NCBI GenBank assembly: GCA_013239625.1 | Contig: MU053911.1 | Coordinates: 881,590-945,589, forward strand | Direction: 5' to 3' | DNA from: Lama guanicoe | Lineage: Eukaryota | Length of the DNA stretch: 64,000 nucleotides | In this document: in pieces, positions 60,396 through 64,000 of the stretch | How the letters are laid out: each line of letters begins with the position of its first letter | How positions within the stretch are numbered: the first letter of the stretch is position 1 | Notes under the pieces: generated by a model | Database searches by the model: none | What the model was told of the DNA's origin: nothing | The model's input: only the letters and a program-made list of their open reading frames with translations | Position numbers and translations under genes: made by a program

Positions 60396-61535
60396 TGAAT
60401 AGGAGTGGTGATAGTGGGTATCCTTGTCTTGTCCCAGATTTTAGTGGGAAGCTGTTGAGTTTTTCACCATTGAGAACTATGCTGGCTGTAGGTTTGTCAT
60501 ATATAGCCTTTATTATGTTGAGATATGTTCCCTCTATACCCACTTTGGCAAGAGTTTTTATCATAAATGGGTGTTGAATTTTATCAAATGCTTTTTCTGC
60601 ATCGATTGAGATGATCATGTGGCTTGATCTCCAGAATATATAAGCAGCTCATACAACTCAATAAGAAAAAAATAAACAACCCAATCCAAAAATGGGCAGA
60701 AGACCTAAACAAGCAATTCTCCAAGGAAGACATACAAATGATCAAAAAGCACATGAAAAAATGCTCAATATCACTAATTATCAGAGAAATGCAAATCAAA
60801 ACTACAATGAGNNNNNNNNNNNNNNNNNNNNNNNNNNNNNNNNNNNNNNNNNNNNNNNNNNNNNNNNNNNNNNNNNNNNNNNNNNNNNNNNNNNNNNNNN
60901 NNNNNNNNNNNNNNNNNNNNNNNNNNNNNNNNNNNNNNNNNNNNNNNNNNNNNNNNNNNNNNNNNNNNNNNNNNNNNNNNNNNNNNNNNNNNNNNNNNNN
61001 NNNNNNNNNNNNNNNNNNNNNNNNNNNNNNNNNNNNNNNNNNNNNNNNNNNNNNNNNNNNNNNNNNNNNNNNNNNNNNNNNNNNNNNNNNNNNNNNNNNN
61101 NNNNNNNNNNNNNNNNNNNNNNNNNNNNNNNNNNNNNNNNNNNNNNNNNNNNNNNNNNNNNNNNNNNNNNNNNNNNNNNNNNNNNNNNNNNNNNNNNNNN
61201 NNNNNNNNNNNNNNNNNNNNNNNNNNNNNNNNNNNNNNNNNNNNNNNNNNNNNNNNNNNNNNNNNNNNNNNNNNNNNNNNNNNNNNNNNNNNNNNNNNNN
61301 NNNNNNNNNNNNNNNNNNNNNGATAGACTGGGATTTCAAAATTGTAGAATAGATAAACAAGATTACACTGTATAGCACAGGGAAATATACACAAAATGTT
61401 ATGATAAATCACAGAGAAAAAAATGTGACAATGAGTGTGTATATGTCCATGAATGACTGAAAAATTGTGCTGAACACTGGAATTTGACACAACACTGTAA
61501 AATGAGTATGAATCAATAAAAAATGTAAAAAAAAA
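60396..61535 (+). mobile_element. Young 5'-inverted L1 (antisense RT segment 60396-60622 + sense ORF2 C-terminus/3' UTR)
   Basis: Minus strand [23 protein letters not shown]…[13 protein letters not shown] directly abuts plus strand [36 protein letters not shown]…; 3' UTR and A tail lie after the gap. Confidence 0.9.
60812..61321. other. Assembly gap (510 N) inside L1
   Basis: Run of n. Confidence 1.
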
Positions 61536-62279
61536 GGGGGGGAAATGATTCCAGATGAAAAAAATCTAGGGTATAAGAAGAAGTGGCCAGCAAAGAAATT
61601 GGCAAACAGAAATGGGCAAGTTGAATAAAAATGCAAAATCTAAATGATAAAAAGCAAGCTTGGTGACATCCAGTTGGTGAGGTCTAGAAAACAGAAGATT
61701 AATCTTAAAGACGGGGAGCATTAGCACACGGGCATGTGCAGCACTACAGGTCCTCACATTTCTTCCAGAGAAAGAAAGTTACGGATTTACTTTACATTTT
61801 ACATGTCTTTACATAACTTCAAAGGAAACCAATAAGTAATAGAAACAAAATTTAATTTCCACACAGCAGGAGATGAAATGAAAGGGATGAGGGGGTGGGA
61901 AAGATAGCAAGAAGGAAGGGGTGGATGGATTATAATAAAAGCAGGACAAGCAAGAACTAAACAAAATGGTAGGAAGACAACCAAAGACCAAGAGACAAAC
62001 TAACTGGCTAAGAGACACAGCACAATCACAGCCTCTTTGGTCAAATGAGATCAGTCACAGGAAACAAAGGAAGCAAGTTCCGGAGACCAGATGGCCTCTT
62101 ATTAAAACTCAGAATATGCATCACTAGTCTGGAGACTAAAGGTGTGCCGGGAAGAGGGGGACGGGCAGCGCAACGCGGTGGCAGCAGACGCAGCAGGGCT
62201 TCACCTCAGTCTTCTGCCTGGCGTCTGTCTGCGCGAGCCTGGCGCCTGCGCGAGCCTGGGCAAACATTTATCCTGCACT

Positions 62280-62395
62280 GATTTGTAAGGCAGTAGAGCT
62301 GAGACAGGACCAGTGCCCACTTCACAGGGTTATTGTGTGGCTCATACAAGATAAAACATGAAAAGTCCTTGTCACAGTGCCTGCATGTGGGATGG
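62280..62395 (+). mobile_element. MIR remnant
   Basis: cccacttcacagggttattgtgtggctcatacaagataaaacatgaaaagtccttgtcacagtgcctg. Confidence 0.65.
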
Positions 62396-62934
62396 AAATG
62401 GAAAAATGAACGGGAGGGGCTGTGGCAGGTGTCATCCTGTGAAAACCCTGGAATTTGATGGGGTAGAATTAGGGAAGGTGAAACAGTAAGAAAAGCAAAA
62501 ACAGACAAGCTGAGCAAAGCCAGAGAGACAAAACTAGGAAGATGAGGTGCACCTGGCCTGGGTGGGACTCGGCGGGCTGGCTGGGGGAACTGGTCCCAGA
62601 GCATCCCACTTCCTCGGCCTCTCCCGTCCCTCCAGGAGGTCTTGCTGGAAGTCAGCGGTTACCATGAGAAAACATCTGCATCTGAAAACAGCTGTATGTG
62701 CTGTCGTCTCATTAAAAAACTTTTTTCAGCATTTGGACGTTAATGTTGTGTGTCACCCACAATGTCATGAGAAATCCGGAGAGAAAAATGTGGTCTGTGC
62801 AATTAGTAGCCCTGGGGCAATAAAGCTTCTGTTTCAGACAATGTCAAAACACAGCAAGATCTGGGAAGGCAGAGCCAGCTGCCAGAGCACATATGCAAAC
62901 TTGCATTGTTTCTGGCTTCACAATGCATGCAGTG

Positions 62935-63205
62935 TTTCAAACACTTGCGTGTGCATGCACATGCATGCATGTGCACACGTGTGCATGTACATGCCATGCA
63001 TACACACACCACATATGCTGTACACACCCACAAACACATCCACATACACGTTTGCATGCCATGTGTACACACGCATTCACACATGCATATGGCATGCGCG
63101 TGCCTTGGACGTGCACACGGACACATCACCTGCGTATATGTGCACACACACCATCCACAGATACACGTGCACACATGTGCATAGACCACATGTGCTCAAA
63201 CACAC
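62935..63205. repeat. Degenerate (CA/TG)-rich low-complexity tract
   Basis: gtgtgcatgcacatgcatgcatgtgcacacgtgtgcatgtac…; source of the Cys/His-rich spurious ORFs. Confidence 0.9.
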
Positions 63206-63828
63206 CTATAGCAAAACAATGATTAGAACGTAGTAATTAACAACCACCAAGTGTCCTTACACGGAGCTTTATTTTAATTCCATATTTATATTCCTTGCAC
63301 TCTTTCCCGGTTTTAAATCATGAAAACAAACCGGATCAATGTTAAATTTATTTTAGGAATAATTAAGGGTAGTCACAAGGGCTCCTCTTATTCAAATAGT
63401 ATTCGACATTTGCATCTGTCCTGAGTAATAAATTCATTTATGTACCTTGAGAACATGACAATTATCATTTTATAACATTCTCTCTCTAAACAGTGAACTG
63501 TTTTATTACATTATTCTATTATACATATGGTCAAATGATAGCTATGTAATAAAAAACATACCTCTGGGTAGGCCATTGAACACTGAGATTTGACTAGGAA
63601 ATCTTTGGCACAAAGGAGCCAACACTTGCAGAACAGACCACAGCAACTTTCTGAGCCGCTTGTCCTCCTGCCAAGATACAGCAATTCCCTGTTTGTTCTA
63701 GGATTTTCCCAACTCGGTCATGAAGCTGGACTTTTCACCACTTCCCTTGGTAGCGGGGTGGAAAACAAAGCTGCATATAGATTTTGCTAGAATTCACCCT
63801 GGACTTTGTGGGGGAAAACTTTCTCAAA

Positions 63829-63907
63829 GGTGTCTGTGTCTGTATGTGTCTGTGTGTCTGCCTGTGTGTGTGTGTTTCCATGTGTCTGTGCATGTGTCTG
63901 TGTGTGT
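63829..63907. repeat. Degenerate (TG)n/(TGTC)n microsatellite
   Basis: gtgtctgtgtctgtatgtgtctgtgtgtctgcctgtgtgtgtgtg…. Confidence 0.9.
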
Positions 63908-64000
63908 ACTCCAACAATCAGCTACATAAAGAAAGTGCAGAGTCTTGGCATTTTGTGTTTTGGTTTTCTTGCTAATGAACATAATTTACAAAGTGTATTT

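Larger units (their letters stand above)
59770..62040 (+). mobile_element. Old L1M ORF1/inter-ORF remnant, split by a younger inverted L1
   Basis: A-rich; aatagctcaagtttcccagaatcagttaaaagcatgaaaccacagatt…gacagcagacttccc…agagtggaatg; resumes gaaatgattccagatgaaa after 61540. Confidence 0.55.

Noticed and set aside
60584..61490. Long ORFs of 227-264 aa
   Set aside because: Artefacts of translating through the N gap
62547..63233. 228-aa and neighbouring Cys/His-rich ORFs resembling metal-binding proteins
   Set aside because: Composition comes from the CA/TG low-complexity tract

Overview
Mammalian genomic DNA, most likely camelid (alpaca/llama/camel). This is inferred from about 10 copies of a short tRNA-derived SINE resembling the camelid Vic-1 type and from cetartiodactyl-type L1 3' ends. 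The window is GC/CpG-rich, repeat-interspersed intronic or intergenic sequence with one 510-N assembly gap (60812-61321). I cannot support any intact protein-coding gene: the ORF track is explained by GC-rich chance ORFs, tandem repeats and L1 remnants. The firmest gene-derived feature is a full-length processed RPLP1 pseudogene (43854-44395) nested inside an L1, with a 15-bp target-site duplication (TSD). The most unusual observations are: (i) two independent L1 insertions sharing the same swapped 3' end, suggesting a chimeric L1 lineage; (ii) a minus-strand AG|GTATGT|GTAAGT site resembling a 6-nt microexon or recursive splice point; (iii) a 5'-inverted L1 missing a large internal segment; (iv) repeats with strongly AT->GC-biased decay; (v) a self-complementary 27-bp minisatellite. 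I found no convincing novel multi-gene system. Repeat family names are recognised from memory, not from a database search, and old-repeat boundaries are approximate.
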